NCBI GenBank assembly: GCA_965222855.1 | Contig: CBDCUL010000007.1 | Coordinates: 5,343-69,342 of the forward strand | Reading direction: 5' to 3' | From: Mycoplasmatales bacterium | GTDB taxonomy: Bacteria; Bacillota_I; Bacilli_A; Mycoplasmatales; JABABV01 | Length of the DNA: 64,000 nucleotides | Part shown: positions 1 to 9,936 of the stretch, piece after piece | Layout: each line of letters opens with the position of its first letter | Position numbering within the stretch: the stretch's first letter is position 1 | Made by a program: the position numbers and the translations under genes | The notes under the pieces: model-generated | What the model was told of the DNA's origin: nothing | The model's database searches: none | What the model saw: only the letters and a program-made list of their open reading frames with translations

Positions 1-1
1 C

Positions 2-481
2 TTTTGTCCGCTTAGTGTAGATGCATTCCATTACAACAATGTTAGAGTTCACCAGGCGCAGAAGCGGTTGCTATATAGGTATAAGGTTCTTATTTGTTTC
101 CTCACATTTGCCTTCTAAATATTCATTCTAAAGAATCTCAGATTATACAACTTGTATGTTATATTTGAATCCATTAGTGTGAATTCCTGTGGGTTTAATG
201 TGACCTACCATTTCCCAGTATTCTCATTACTCGAATCTACTCAGCATATACTCCATCAAATCAGTGCCTACTTTCAGATATTGGGACACTTGATAGATAT
301 TTTTGCATATTTGAATTTCAATCTAATCAATTTGCTATTAATCTATTTCATTACCAGAAAGAATTTCAAAAGAATGCCCTATTGCAGCAAGAAGTATCGC
401 TATTGTTATCAAGAATACTCTGCACCCTTGTTATCTGATACTAATAAAAATAACTTTTCTATTCTGTTTGTAATGAGCTAA
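2..481 (+). pseudogene. 3' fragment of a paralog of the 1346..2539 membrane protein; cut by the window start and carrying an in-frame TAA at 116..118
   Basis: The frame of track ORF 152..481 stays collinear with the C-terminal ~150 aa of the 1346..2539 product back to nt 2 (DAFHYNNVRVHQAQKRLLYRYKVLICFLTFAF*IFILKNL vs DAFHLNNTKVYLEQRRLLKLHKTLIYFLLFIFELHILKDL). The TAA aligns with a Glu codon of the paralog. Confidence 0.5.
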
Positions 482-1345
482 TTGTATTTGTTGTTCATTA
501 TTCATCATTTCATTCATTATTGTATTTGGAAACTATAATAATTAGAATATCTTATCCTCATTATCTTTTCTCTCTGTATGCACTTAAGTCAAATATACAT
601 ATATTTGTTATGCATTTCTGTTGAGAAGGTTTCCCATTAAATAATATATGTTAACAACAATCACAAAAGTTCAACAACAAAACCCAAATCTATTCAATAT
701 TACTACACTTAAAAGTACAGTTCACGAAAATATCTTAGGTACCTCCTAATGTAAACTTTTGAAATGTGTTCCACAAAATAATAATATCAACGCTTGAACT
801 TATCTAGATCTAAATTCGAATGTGTCAAAGGCAATACCAATACGCCAACCAAACGTTATACAAAGGGATTAGTTTTATAGGAAATATACTCGAGTTTATT
901 AGAGGGAAAGAAAGCACTGCAATGATTACTGGTGTGTATATGCTTACATCAATGAATTTGTGTGTATTACCAGTAATAGTGACTACACAACGGAGACTCC
1001 GGAACATGGAAATATATATACTAATGTAGAGTAAGCAGTGTAAGTATACTTTCTCTGCATAAGAGATCTAATTACTCCACTTAATGAATAGATTTGTAAC
1101 TAATATTCTAATAATCTAATAATAATATGGGCAAATAATATAATAAAGCAATATTGAAGTATAATGAATCCTGAATATTATACTTACTACATGGGAAATA
1201 TAAACAGAAATAATACAAACTTATATCTGAAATACTACACAATTAATTTAATTTTCACAAAATGGGTCAAAAATAATAATGTAGTATATACAATAAAAAT
1301 TAAGTAAATAATCATGATTCATGAATAATAGAATGTGTTTCTAAC

Positions 1346-2539
1346 TTAGGATAATAAGGGATCAGAAAATCCTTGATATCTATAGCGATAGATCTTCTTA
1401 TTGTAGAAATTCATTCTCTTTAAACATTTCAGAAAGAGAATATAGATAAATATCAAATTGATTACTACCATATTGAAATTGAAGATCAGTTCAATCACGG
1501 ATGCAGATATCAAAAGATACCAACTGATTCTATAAAGGATATGGCTGAGAGAGTCGGGTATTGTGAACACGGGAAAAGAGAAAGTGACATGAAACCAGCA
1601 AGAGTTCACACTGATAGATTCTAATATCATATACAAGCTGTATATTAGGAGATCTTTCAAAATGTGTAATTCGAAGATAAACAACAGAAAATAGATGAGT
1701 GTCTTATGCAGCTTTAATAATCTCCTCTGTTCTAGATATACCTTTGTATTGTTAAGATGGAACGCATCTATAATACGACTGTTCATTGCAGGAAAGAATT
1801 TCCTTCTTGCGATGTACAACACGAAAAAGAAAATAATTTGATTTTTCAAACTATAAGCTATTTTACAAAATAGGCTCACAGATGGAATCATTAAAGGTAC
1901 AGCAATAATAAGATTAATAGTTAATCCTATCAAGATGAAGCGAAGAATAACTTTAACTCTCAGTTCGTTTCTAGCAGCATAACTCAAGTGGAGGAGGGAT
2001 GCACCAAACATCCAAATCAACATCGAAAACGAAATGTTGTTAATTAATAAGCCAAAAATGTTTAACAGAATCATACCAAATCTATTGTCATATATGTTAG
2101 CTAGAAATGTATTTGAAATGAACTCGCAGTTCGGATCAATGGAGACTGGGATAGCCGGAAGCGGATCTAAAAGCCACGAAAATCCCCAAATATTAAAAAC
2201 CAAGCAATAACTCAGTTCAAAGCAAAGGAAGACAAGAAATATGGAATTTCGTAAGATAGTCTCTTTCTGCATGAAGAGACGATTCGCATAATCATGACCA
2301 GAATCGAGATAAATCAGAGTGACGAGTCTCCTTTTATTTCGTACATGTGAAATTATATCACATATGACGTAAATTAGCCAAAATATACAAAGTAAAGTGT
2401 ATACAAAACAAAACATTTGGTTCATGTAATAAACATCACTGCGAACGGAGTACAAATAGTCCATGTTGTTTGAACTATTTGAAAAATTTTGAGCTGACAT
2501 TGTATTTAAATTTAAATTGAAGAATATCTGATTATACAC
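1346..2539 (-). CDS. multi-pass (about 7 TM) membrane protein of unknown family, written in the standard code
   Basis: 397-aa ORF uninterrupted in the standard code with about 7 long hydrophobic segments. All 5 Trp codons are TGG and no TGA read-through is needed, unlike genes right of 2.9 kb. It is flanked by several hundred nt with no convincing coding sequence. Confidence 0.55.
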   Translation of the reverse strand: MYNQIFFNLNLNTMSAQNFSNSSNNMDYLYSVRSDVYYMNQMFCFVYTLLCIFWLIYVICDIISHVRNKRRLVTLIYLDSGHDYANRLFMQKETILRNSIFLVFLCFELSYCLVFNIWGFSWLLDPLPAIPVSIDPNCEFISNTFLANIYDNRFGMILLNIFGLLINNISFSMLIWMFGASLLHLSYAARNELRVKVILRFILIGLTINLIIAVPLMIPSVSLFCKIAYSLKNQIIFFFVLYIARRKFFPAMNSRIIDAFHLNNTKVYLEQRRLLKLHKTLIYFLLFIFELHILKDLLIYSLYMILESISVNSCWFHVTFSFPVFTIPDSLSHILYRISWYLLISASVIELIFNFNMVVINLIFIYILFLKCLKRMNFYNKKIYRYRYQGFSDPLLS

Positions 2540-2909
2540 TTCTGAAATGAAACTGAATGCATGATAAATCCTATAGATATTTATACTGAGGGAATCCAGT
2601 ATATAGGATACGTATTATGTATTATCATAAATTGAACCCTGAATTATAGTTCAAGGACATTACACATACTTGATAGAATGCTGATCCTACAGTAGATATG
2701 ACATCAATACATTAAGTATTCAGTAATTCATTATTAGTTATAAACAAGTGTAATCACAACAGATAGTAAATTAACCCAAGGAGATATTAAAATAAATTCC
2801 AATAGAGATGTCCCTTTACTTTTGCTATTTACTACAATATAGTGGCCCAGTATTGAATTGACTGCCTTGCTTGTACTAAACAGTCCTTCCATTTACAAGC
2901 AAAGATAGT

Positions 2910-3458
2910 TTAGATATTATAATTATTTTTAAAAACCATTTTAAACTCAACACAAAATGCTATTTCAATAATAAAGTTTTTATATTCTATTTTTATGACT
3001 TTATTACTATTAGATAATTTACAATTAAGTAATCTACTCTGCAAATATGAATAAACTAACTTTTTAAACGTTATAAATTTTAAAATACTTGTAGTTTTAA
3101 AATTATTATTTGTTGGAACATCTATGCATTTAGACATTTCTTTAGGTCATTTGTTAATAAATTTTTTATATGATTCTTTGCTGCGTATGAATGAATATAA
3201 AGAACATTGATATCCATTCAGCAAAGCATATGTATCAATATCACTTGGCGGAGTATTTCCATAACTTATATGAATACTAGTTTTACGATCATAAGAACCA
3301 TGATGAAGAACTTCTATTCCACTAATCTTTAAACCGCTTTTATCAGATAGTTTTTTGATGATATCTTTATCTGATAATAATTTTTTAACATTTTTTAACA
3401 AATCCATACCGTATTTTGGGGCTTTACCTTTTTTTACTAGTATATCTGTATTAACCAT
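2910..3458 (-). CDS. minimal Pol-beta-fold nucleotidyltransferase, SMODS/CD-NTase-like, 182 aa
   Basis: ATG at 3458 lies 8 nt after AAGGAGAG. Code-4 read-through of TGA 3147..3149 joins track ORFs 3147..3512 and 2910..3137 in frame, ending at TAA 2910..2912. NTase signature EVLHHGSYDRKTSIHISYGNTPPSDIDTYALL (GS...DxD), with a third acidic strand KCIDVP about 40 aa downstream. Confidence 0.6.
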
Positions 3459-3462
3459 CACT

Positions 3463-4143
3463 TTAACTCTCCTTGACCTTGTTTTTATTATGTCCAAATG
3501 AAAATCGATCAATAAAGTCGCTAGTATATGTATAACTTAATATTTCGTTATTTTCAATTACTAATTTAGCATGTCCATAGAAATCATGATAATTAGTAAT
3601 ATCATCTTTTAATTTTCGAGAGTTTGCTATATCACGTGAAAAATTAAATTTAAACTCAAATTCAAATTTATTTTTATTTATTCTTTTTCAATGACAAAAC
3701 TCTGAATTCGAAGCAGCACTATTAACATTATCAGTAATAGCTTTAGTTAATATGATTATTTCATTTGCTCATCAGTTATAACTGATTGTTATCTTTAATT
3801 TATAAAAGGTTTTCTTTAATTTGGTTTCTAATTTTTGATTAACTTCTAAATTAGCTTCTTTGATTTCACTATATAAATTACCAAATAAAAAGCCTTCACA
3901 TTCTTGAACAAATTCTTTATTCAAGAATTGCTTCATTGGTTTTTTTATAGTTAATCATTTAATAATTCCAGCAATACATATGAAGCGAAATACTTTTCAT
4001 ATACCAAAACTTAAAACAACAGTTAAAATCAGAATATATCAAGAATTATTGTGGTGTAATTCTCATTTAAATAAAAATGCATATATAGCCAAAAATACTA
4101 TATCACTAGTATTTATAATCAAATTACTTTTTGTTGACTTCAT
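3463..4143 (-). CDS. membrane protein, 2-3 N-terminal TM helices plus ~160-aa soluble C-terminal domain (effector-like), 226 aa
   Basis: GGAGG RBS then ATG at 4143. I checked every codon and the frame is open to TAA 3463..3465 when 7 TGA are read as Trp. Hydrophobic stretches IVFLAIYAFLF, WYILILTVVLSFGIW and FRFICIAGII. The stop lies 4 nt before the ATG of the NTase gene, consistent with translational coupling. Confidence 0.6.
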
Positions 4144-4224
4144 ATTTTACCTCCGATCATTATTTTATTTATATTGTATTGCCTTAAATTATCTTCGTTT
4201 TTTGTGATTTTTAACACAATTACG

Positions 4225-4233
4225 ATTATAACA
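4225..4233 (-). promoter_or_regulatory. extended -10 promoter (TGTTATAAT) for the TM-protein/NTase operon
   Basis: The reverse complement of attataaca gives TGTTATAAT about 80 nt upstream of ATG 4143 and downstream of the hairpin at 4266..4287. Confidence 0.4.
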
Positions 4234-4265
4234 CTACCATTCGATAAAAGCTTTTTAAATATAAC

Positions 4266-4287
4266 AAAAAGCACAAATGTGCTTTTT
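4266..4287. terminator. hairpin terminator separating the TPR gene from the TM/NTase operon
   Basis: aaaaagcac-aaat-gtgcttttt: a perfect stem flanked by A-run and T-run, so usable on either strand. Confidence 0.5.
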
Positions 4288-4345
4288 GATTTTTAAAATA
4301 TGTACCTAAAAATATATTATATATTACTTATAAATTTGTAGTTAG

Positions 4346-4780
4346 TTATTTTTTATTATCGTATTCTCAGTTACCTCTTCTTTCGCTATATTCCATTGCT
4401 CGCGCATTATAAAATTTACCTAATTTAATATTAGGTGCTTCTTTTTCTAATTTAAAGAACATTCCAATTATATCCTGAAAAATAACGGCTTTGTTAATAT
4501 TGGGGTACAATATTTGATCACATGTATTTATTGCATCTTCGTATAACGCTTCTTTTAAATTTGATTCTGTAGCATGTTCTATTCATTTAAACAAAGTAAA
4601 AGCTTTAGCAATCATTGCGTTAAAAAATGTTGGATCTTTTAAAAATGATTTGTGGTAATTTTCAACTGCCTCTTTGTATTTTTTATTTTTAATACAAAGA
4701 TTCCCATCTTCATAATATTCTTTTGAACTTTTACTAAGGTTTTCGAAAGTTTCTTGTTTAATATTGTTTATATCCTTCAT
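4346..4780 (-). CDS. TPR-like repeat protein, 144 aa
   Basis: Track ORF 4583..4780 continues through TGA in frame to TAA 4346..4348. Helical repeats of TPR type (KYKEAVENYHKSFLKDP, LKEALYEDAINTCDQIL, GKFYNARAMEYSERRGNW). Confidence 0.5.
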
Positions 4781-5026
4781 TCGATTTTCCTACTTTCTAT
4801 TAATTTAAATTAGTTATTTTTTAATATAGTACCTTCTAATATAACAAAATAACTCTATGTTTAGTTCGTATTTTAATGTTGATGTGTTATTTTTGTTTTT
4901 ATAATTTATTAACACAAAAATAATTATAGCATCAAATTTTAGGGTTTTTCAAGGATTTTTATTTATAAATAACTGAAAATTATTCAATAATTTTGCATAA
5001 TTTTTTATCAACCAATATATTTATTA

Positions 5027-5215
5027 ATCTAAAAGCATTATTATTACAAACAATTAGTAGTATATTGATATAGTTAACTTTGTAAACAAATAGTAATCAA
5101 GTGAACTTTTTATGGATAGCGCAGTTATAAAAAGGAGACCTAATATGAAATTAATAAATCTTAAAAAACAAGGATTAAAAACCCACGGGATATATCGCAT
5201 TTGAATCAACGAGGG
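5027..5215. repeat. copy 1 of a ~190-nt intergenic module also present at 9417..9610 (short remnant at ~7540..7575)
   Basis: Shared string tttattaatctaaaagcattatt...gtagtat...aaaaggagac(c)taatatgaaattaataaatcttaaaaaa. It contains a strong RBS plus a short ORF (MKLINLKK...). Confidence 0.6.
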
Positions 5216-5264
5216 ATAAAGCGATATATCATACATTTGCCAATCTAAAAATATCAATTTAAGA

Positions 5265-5762
5265 TTGAAAACTCATTTGAAGAAAATTGAAAAAGCGATC
5301 ATCCCCAAATTTATTGTTGATGATCGTGCAAACGCTTTAGAGTGGGATAAACGGATGGCTATTCCTGCAAAAGGAGCATTTTATTATAAAATGTACCTTT
5401 TGGAAAATATCTTGCAAAAACCACTTAATTTCTTAGAGTTAATTAATTTTGAAATTTTGGAAGAAGCTGATGTTGAATCAACTAGTTTTGAACTAGAATT
5501 AATCCAAATGAAATATATTAATCAGTTCGATAGTATTTGACGTGGTTTCAATGGTTATCATGCCATTTATTTTAAGTTAAGTAATTGATTACAATATACT
5601 AAAAATAAAGATGAAGAAGACCATGTTAAAAAATTAATGAAAATAAATGAAGCGACAATTAAGGAATTAAGTAAACGTAAGGATACTCCTAGAATGTGGT
5701 TGTTATTTAATTTAGGAAGGAAAGCAGAATACGAAATATTGTTTAGAAAATATATGTCATAG
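5265..5762 (+). CDS. hypothetical protein, ~165 aa (start uncertain)
   Basis: Track ORF 5265..5540 reads through TGA to TAG 5760..5762. A 5'-truncated second copy lies at 7573..7947. There is no clear RBS at the TTG start. Confidence 0.4.
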
Positions 5763-5796
5763 ATTGTTACTATAAGCAATGCTACATAATAATAAA

Positions 5797-5829
5797 AAAC
5801 AAATAAACTAATTATTTATTTGTTTTTTT
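5797..5829. terminator. bidirectional rho-independent terminator between convergent genes
   Basis: aaacaaataaa-loop-tttatttgttt followed by a T-run. Confidence 0.5.
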
Positions 5830-5923
5830 AGTTTTACTATATTATACATTATGAAATTAATTAAAATAATTTAATATTTCAGAATCGCATATTATTTTAA
5901 AACATTATCTTAAATTATACATA

Positions 5924-7480
5924 TTAAACTTGATAAAGACCATCATTAGTACTAGCGTATATTGTATTATCAATTTTTGTTATTCAATAAATTACAACAT
6001 TGGAAGGTATAGATGTGTTTTTGCTAAAAGTTTTACCATCATCAGTTGAAGTGTAAAGACCATCATCAGTAGTTGCGCATATTATATTATTGATTTTTGT
6101 TATTTTACTAATTTTGGCATCCGAAGGAATAGATTTATTTTGAATGAATATTTTACCATCATCAGTTGAAGTATAAAGGCCAGAATTAGCACCTACATAT
6201 ATTGTATTATCGATTTTTGTTATTTGGTTCATCCCAAATGCATCAAAATATTTATTTTTAGTGAAAGTTTTACCATTATTGGTTGAAATGTAAAGATCTG
6301 TTTTAGTATTAACATATATTCTATTATCAATTTTTGTTATTTTACTAATTTCAGCATCCGAAGGAATAGATATATTTTGGATAAAAGTTTTACCATCATC
6401 CGTTGAAATATAAAGGCCATAATAAAAAGTTGCAATAAATATTATTCTATTATCAATTTTTGTTATTTTACTAATTTCGGCATCTGAAGGCATAGATATG
6501 TTTTTACTAAAAGTTTTACCAGCATCAGTTGAAGTATAAAGACCAGCATAATCACTATTAATATATAATGTGTTATTGATTTTTGTTATTTCGTTAATTC
6601 CGGTATCTGAAGGTATCGATGTGTTTTTGCTAAAAGTTTTACCAGCATTAGTTGAAAAATAAAGGCCCATTCGAGTACAAACATATATTGTATTATCAAT
6701 TTTTGTTATTTCGTTAATTCCGGAATCCAAAGATATAGCTGTATTTTGGATAAAAGTTTTACCATCATCCGTTGAAATATAAAAACCTGTTTTAGTATTA
6801 ACATATATTCTATTATCAATTTTTGTTATTCAATAAATTACAACATTGGAAGATATAGATGTGTTTCGAGTAAAAGTTTTACCAGCATCAGTTGAAAGAT
6901 AAAGACCCATTCCAGTACAAACATATATTGTATTATCTATTTTTGTTATTTTGTTAATTCCGGAATCCGAAGATATAGCTGTATTTTGAGTAAAAGTTTT
7001 ACCATTATCCGTTGAAATATAAAGGATATTCCTATAAACTCCCGTTATAACATATATTGTATTATCTATTTTTGTTACTTGGTCAATCATTTTTGAATGT
7101 ATAAATGTATTTTTAATAAATTTATAATCTAAATCATCATTATATTTTCATTGATTCATATTATATTTGATATCATTATATTTAATCGTAAAAGACGCTA
7201 TCAAATTATATGCTGAATTAGTTATATTTACAGAAATTGTTTTCTTAGCATTATCGAACTCGAAATTAGCTAAAGATAATTGTGATGAGACATTATCTTT
7301 TCAATTTTGCATAGAACTACCTTTTATAATATCTTTTGATGAGTCGCTTGTTGCATCTTTTTTAAAATCTGCTCAAGATTCTTCAGATTTATGACTACAA
7401 CTAGTTAGAATCATAGTATTTAAAGCTATTGGTAAAATCACGCCAAAACTTATTAAACTTTTTTTAAATAATTTCTTCAT
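5924..7480 (-). CDS. BNR/Asp-box repeat (beta-propeller-like) lipoprotein, 518 aa
   Basis: Track ORFs 5984..6730 and 6830..7090 are in one frame with ATG 7480. The signal peptide ends in the lipobox ILTSC. There are about 11 repeats of ~40 aa, each with an Asp-box-like S-T-D-D/A-G-K-T-F and ITKIDNTIYV. Ends at TAA 5924..5926. Confidence 0.7.
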
Positions 7481-7572
7481 ATTAAACTCCTGTTTATTAT
7501 CGCTATTAAAATCACTATTGATTAAATAACATTATACAATATTTATTAATCTAAAAGTATTATTATTATTAT

Positions 7573-7947
7573 AAAATCTACCTCTTGGAAAATATCTTGC
7601 AAAAACCACTCAATTTCTTAGAGTTAATTAATTTTGAAATTTTGGAAGAAGCTAATATCGAATCAACTAGTTTTGAACTAGAATTAATCGAGATGAAATA
7701 CATTAATCAGTTTGATAGCATTTGACGTGGCTTTAATGGTTATCATGCAATTTATTTTAAGTTAAGTAATTGATTACAATATACTAAAAATAAAGATGAA
7801 GAAAATCACGTGAAAAAATTAATGAAAATAAATGAAGCAACAATTAAAGAATTAAGTAAATGTAAGGATACTTCTAAAATGTGATTATTATTTAATTTAG
7901 GTAGGAAAGCGGAATACGAAGTTCTTTTTAAAAAATATATGTTATAG
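7573..7947 (+). pseudogene. 5'-truncated copy of the 5265..5762 gene
   Basis: Collinear with codons ~45-165 of 5265..5762 (LENILQKPLNFLELINFEILEEA...), with the same TGA positions and ending TAG 7945..7947. The N-terminal part and any start context are missing. Confidence 0.5.
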
Positions 7948-8044
7948 ATAAAATAAAAAAATAAATAAAGAAATAATTCTTTATTTATTTTTTAGTTTTA
8001 CTATATTATAAATTATAAAATTAATAGATAATGATTTTAAAACA

Positions 8045-9361
8045 TTATCTTAAGTTATGAGTATTAAACTGATAAATACCATTAAATATAGTTAGGATAA
8101 ATATTGTATTATTGATTTTTGTTATTTGGCTAATGAAGGTTGAAGGTATAGATGGATTTTTGATCAAAGTTTTACCATCATCACTTGAATTGTAAAGACC
8201 AATATCAGTACCAATATATAATGTATTATCTATTTTTATTATTTGCTCAACTATCTCATCTGAAGATATAAATTTATTTAGGATGAAAGTTTTACCATCA
8301 TTAGTTAAAGTATAAAGACCATGATTAGTGCAAACATATATTGTATTATCGATTTTTGTTATTTGTAAAATTAGAGTATCTGAAGATATAGATGTATTTT
8401 GAGTAAAAGTTTTACCATCATTAGTTAAAGTATAAAGACCACGATTAGTGCAAACATATATTATATTATTGATTTTTATTATTTGGTCAATTTGGGTATC
8501 CGGAGGTGTAAATGTATTTTTGGTAAATATTTTACTATCATCACTTGAATTGTAAAGACCATTATTAGTGCAAACATATATTGTATTATCGATTTTTGTT
8601 ATTTTGGTAATTTTGGAATCCAAAGGTATAGATGTGTTTTTAGCAAAAGTTTTACCATCAGCACTGGAATTGTAAAGATTATGATTAGTGCAAACATATA
8701 TTGTATTATCAATTTTTGTTATTTGTAAAATTAGAGTATCTGAAGATATAGATGTATTTTGAGTAAAAGTTTTTCCATCATCCGTTGAATTGTAAAGACC
8801 ATGATTAGTGCAAACATATATTGTATTATTGATTTTTGTTATTTGGATAACTACAACATCCGAAGGAATAGATCTATTTTGAGTAAAGGTTTTAGCATCA
8901 TCAGTTAAAGTATAAAGACCATCGTGAGTACAAATATATATTATATTATCAATTATTGTTATTTGGATAACTGCAACATCCGAAGGTATCGATGTATTTT
9001 TACTGAATTTATTATCTAAATCATCATTATATTTCCATTGATTCATATTATATTTAATATCATTATATTTAATTGTAAAAGATGCTATCGAATTAGATGA
9101 TGAATTAGTTATTTCTACAGAAATTATTCTTTTAGTATTATCAACATTGAAATTACCTAAAGATAATTGTGATGATAGATTATCTTTTCACTTTTGCATA
9201 GAACTACCTTTTATAATATCTTTTGATGAGTCACTTGTTGCATCTTTTTTGAAATCTGCTCAGGATTCTTTATGACTACAACTAGTTAGAGCGATAGTAT
9301 TTAAAGCTATTGGTAAAATCACGCCAAAACTTATTAAACTTTTTTTAAATAATTTCTTCAT
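8045..9361 (-). CDS. BNR/Asp-box repeat lipoprotein paralog, 438 aa
   Basis: Track ORF 8045..9046 is in frame with ATG 9361. The first ~110 aa are near-identical to the 5924..7480 product, including the lipobox LTSC. About 8 repeats with STDDGKTF / ITKIDNTIYVCT. Confidence 0.7.
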
Positions 9362-9416
9362 ATTAAACTCCTTCTTATTATCTAATTATTAGCACTATTG
9401 ATTAAATACATTATAC

Positions 9417-9610
9417 AATATTTATTAATTTAAAAGCATTATTGTTACAAATGATTAGTAGTATATGATGTAGTTAATTTTGCAAATAAATATTAATCAA
9501 GTGGACTTTTTATATAACATAGTTATAAAAAGGAGACTAATATGAAATTAATAAATCTTAAAAAAGAAGGATTAAAAATCCATGGGATACATCACATTCG
9601 AATCAACAAC
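9417..9610. repeat. copy 2 of the ~190-nt intergenic module (see 5027..5215)
   Basis: The sequence aligns by eye with 5027..5215, including aaaaggagactaatatgaaattaataaatcttaaaaaa. Confidence 0.6.
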
Positions 9611-9776
9611 TTTTGAATTAAAATTGGATAATAATCATAACTTAAAATGAATTATACATTATTACGGTGATGAAGATCAATCTAAAAAAGAAAATAAATG
9701 ATTGCCAATAATAAATAGTTATTTTGAAAACGCCAATATCATATTAAAAAAATCATCTGATTTTTTTAAAGACTAA
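9582..9776 (+). CDS. small hypothetical protein, 64 aa (weak call)
   Basis: ATG 9582 to TAA 9774..9776 with two TGA read as Trp. In the 5027..5215 copy the equivalent ATG is ACG and the frame closes early, so it may be a decaying gene. Confidence 0.25.
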
Positions 9777-9936
9777 TCTTTTATTAATATAACCTAACAA
9801 AATACAAGAAAAGCCATTATATAATAATGACCCATTTTATCTTTTGTCCTTATTATCTTTCTTTGATAAAATTATAGTATATAGTAATACTGTTAATAAC
9901 TAATGATTGCATCAAAGAAATAATGAGGTTTAGTCT

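Noticed and set aside
820-1029. Overlapping ORFs 820..1029 (+) and 825..1007 (-).
   Set aside because: They are mutually antisense and short. They have no start context, no homology that I can recognise and no paralog support, so they are probably chance ORFs.
5140-5215. Short RBS-linked ORF MKLINLKKQGLKTHGIYRIWINEG (and its copy at 9542..9631), considered as a real micro-protein.
   Set aside because: The strong AAAGGAG RBS is suggestive, but the two copies end differently and overlap another frame that looks like the ancestral gene. This more likely marks the remnant 5' end of a decayed gene. I mention it only under the duplication finding.
5054-5779. Minus-strand ORFs 5054..5257 and 5567..5779.
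   Set aside because: They are low-complexity and hydrophobic by AT bias. They overlap the repeat module and the + strand gene, which is conserved in a second copy.
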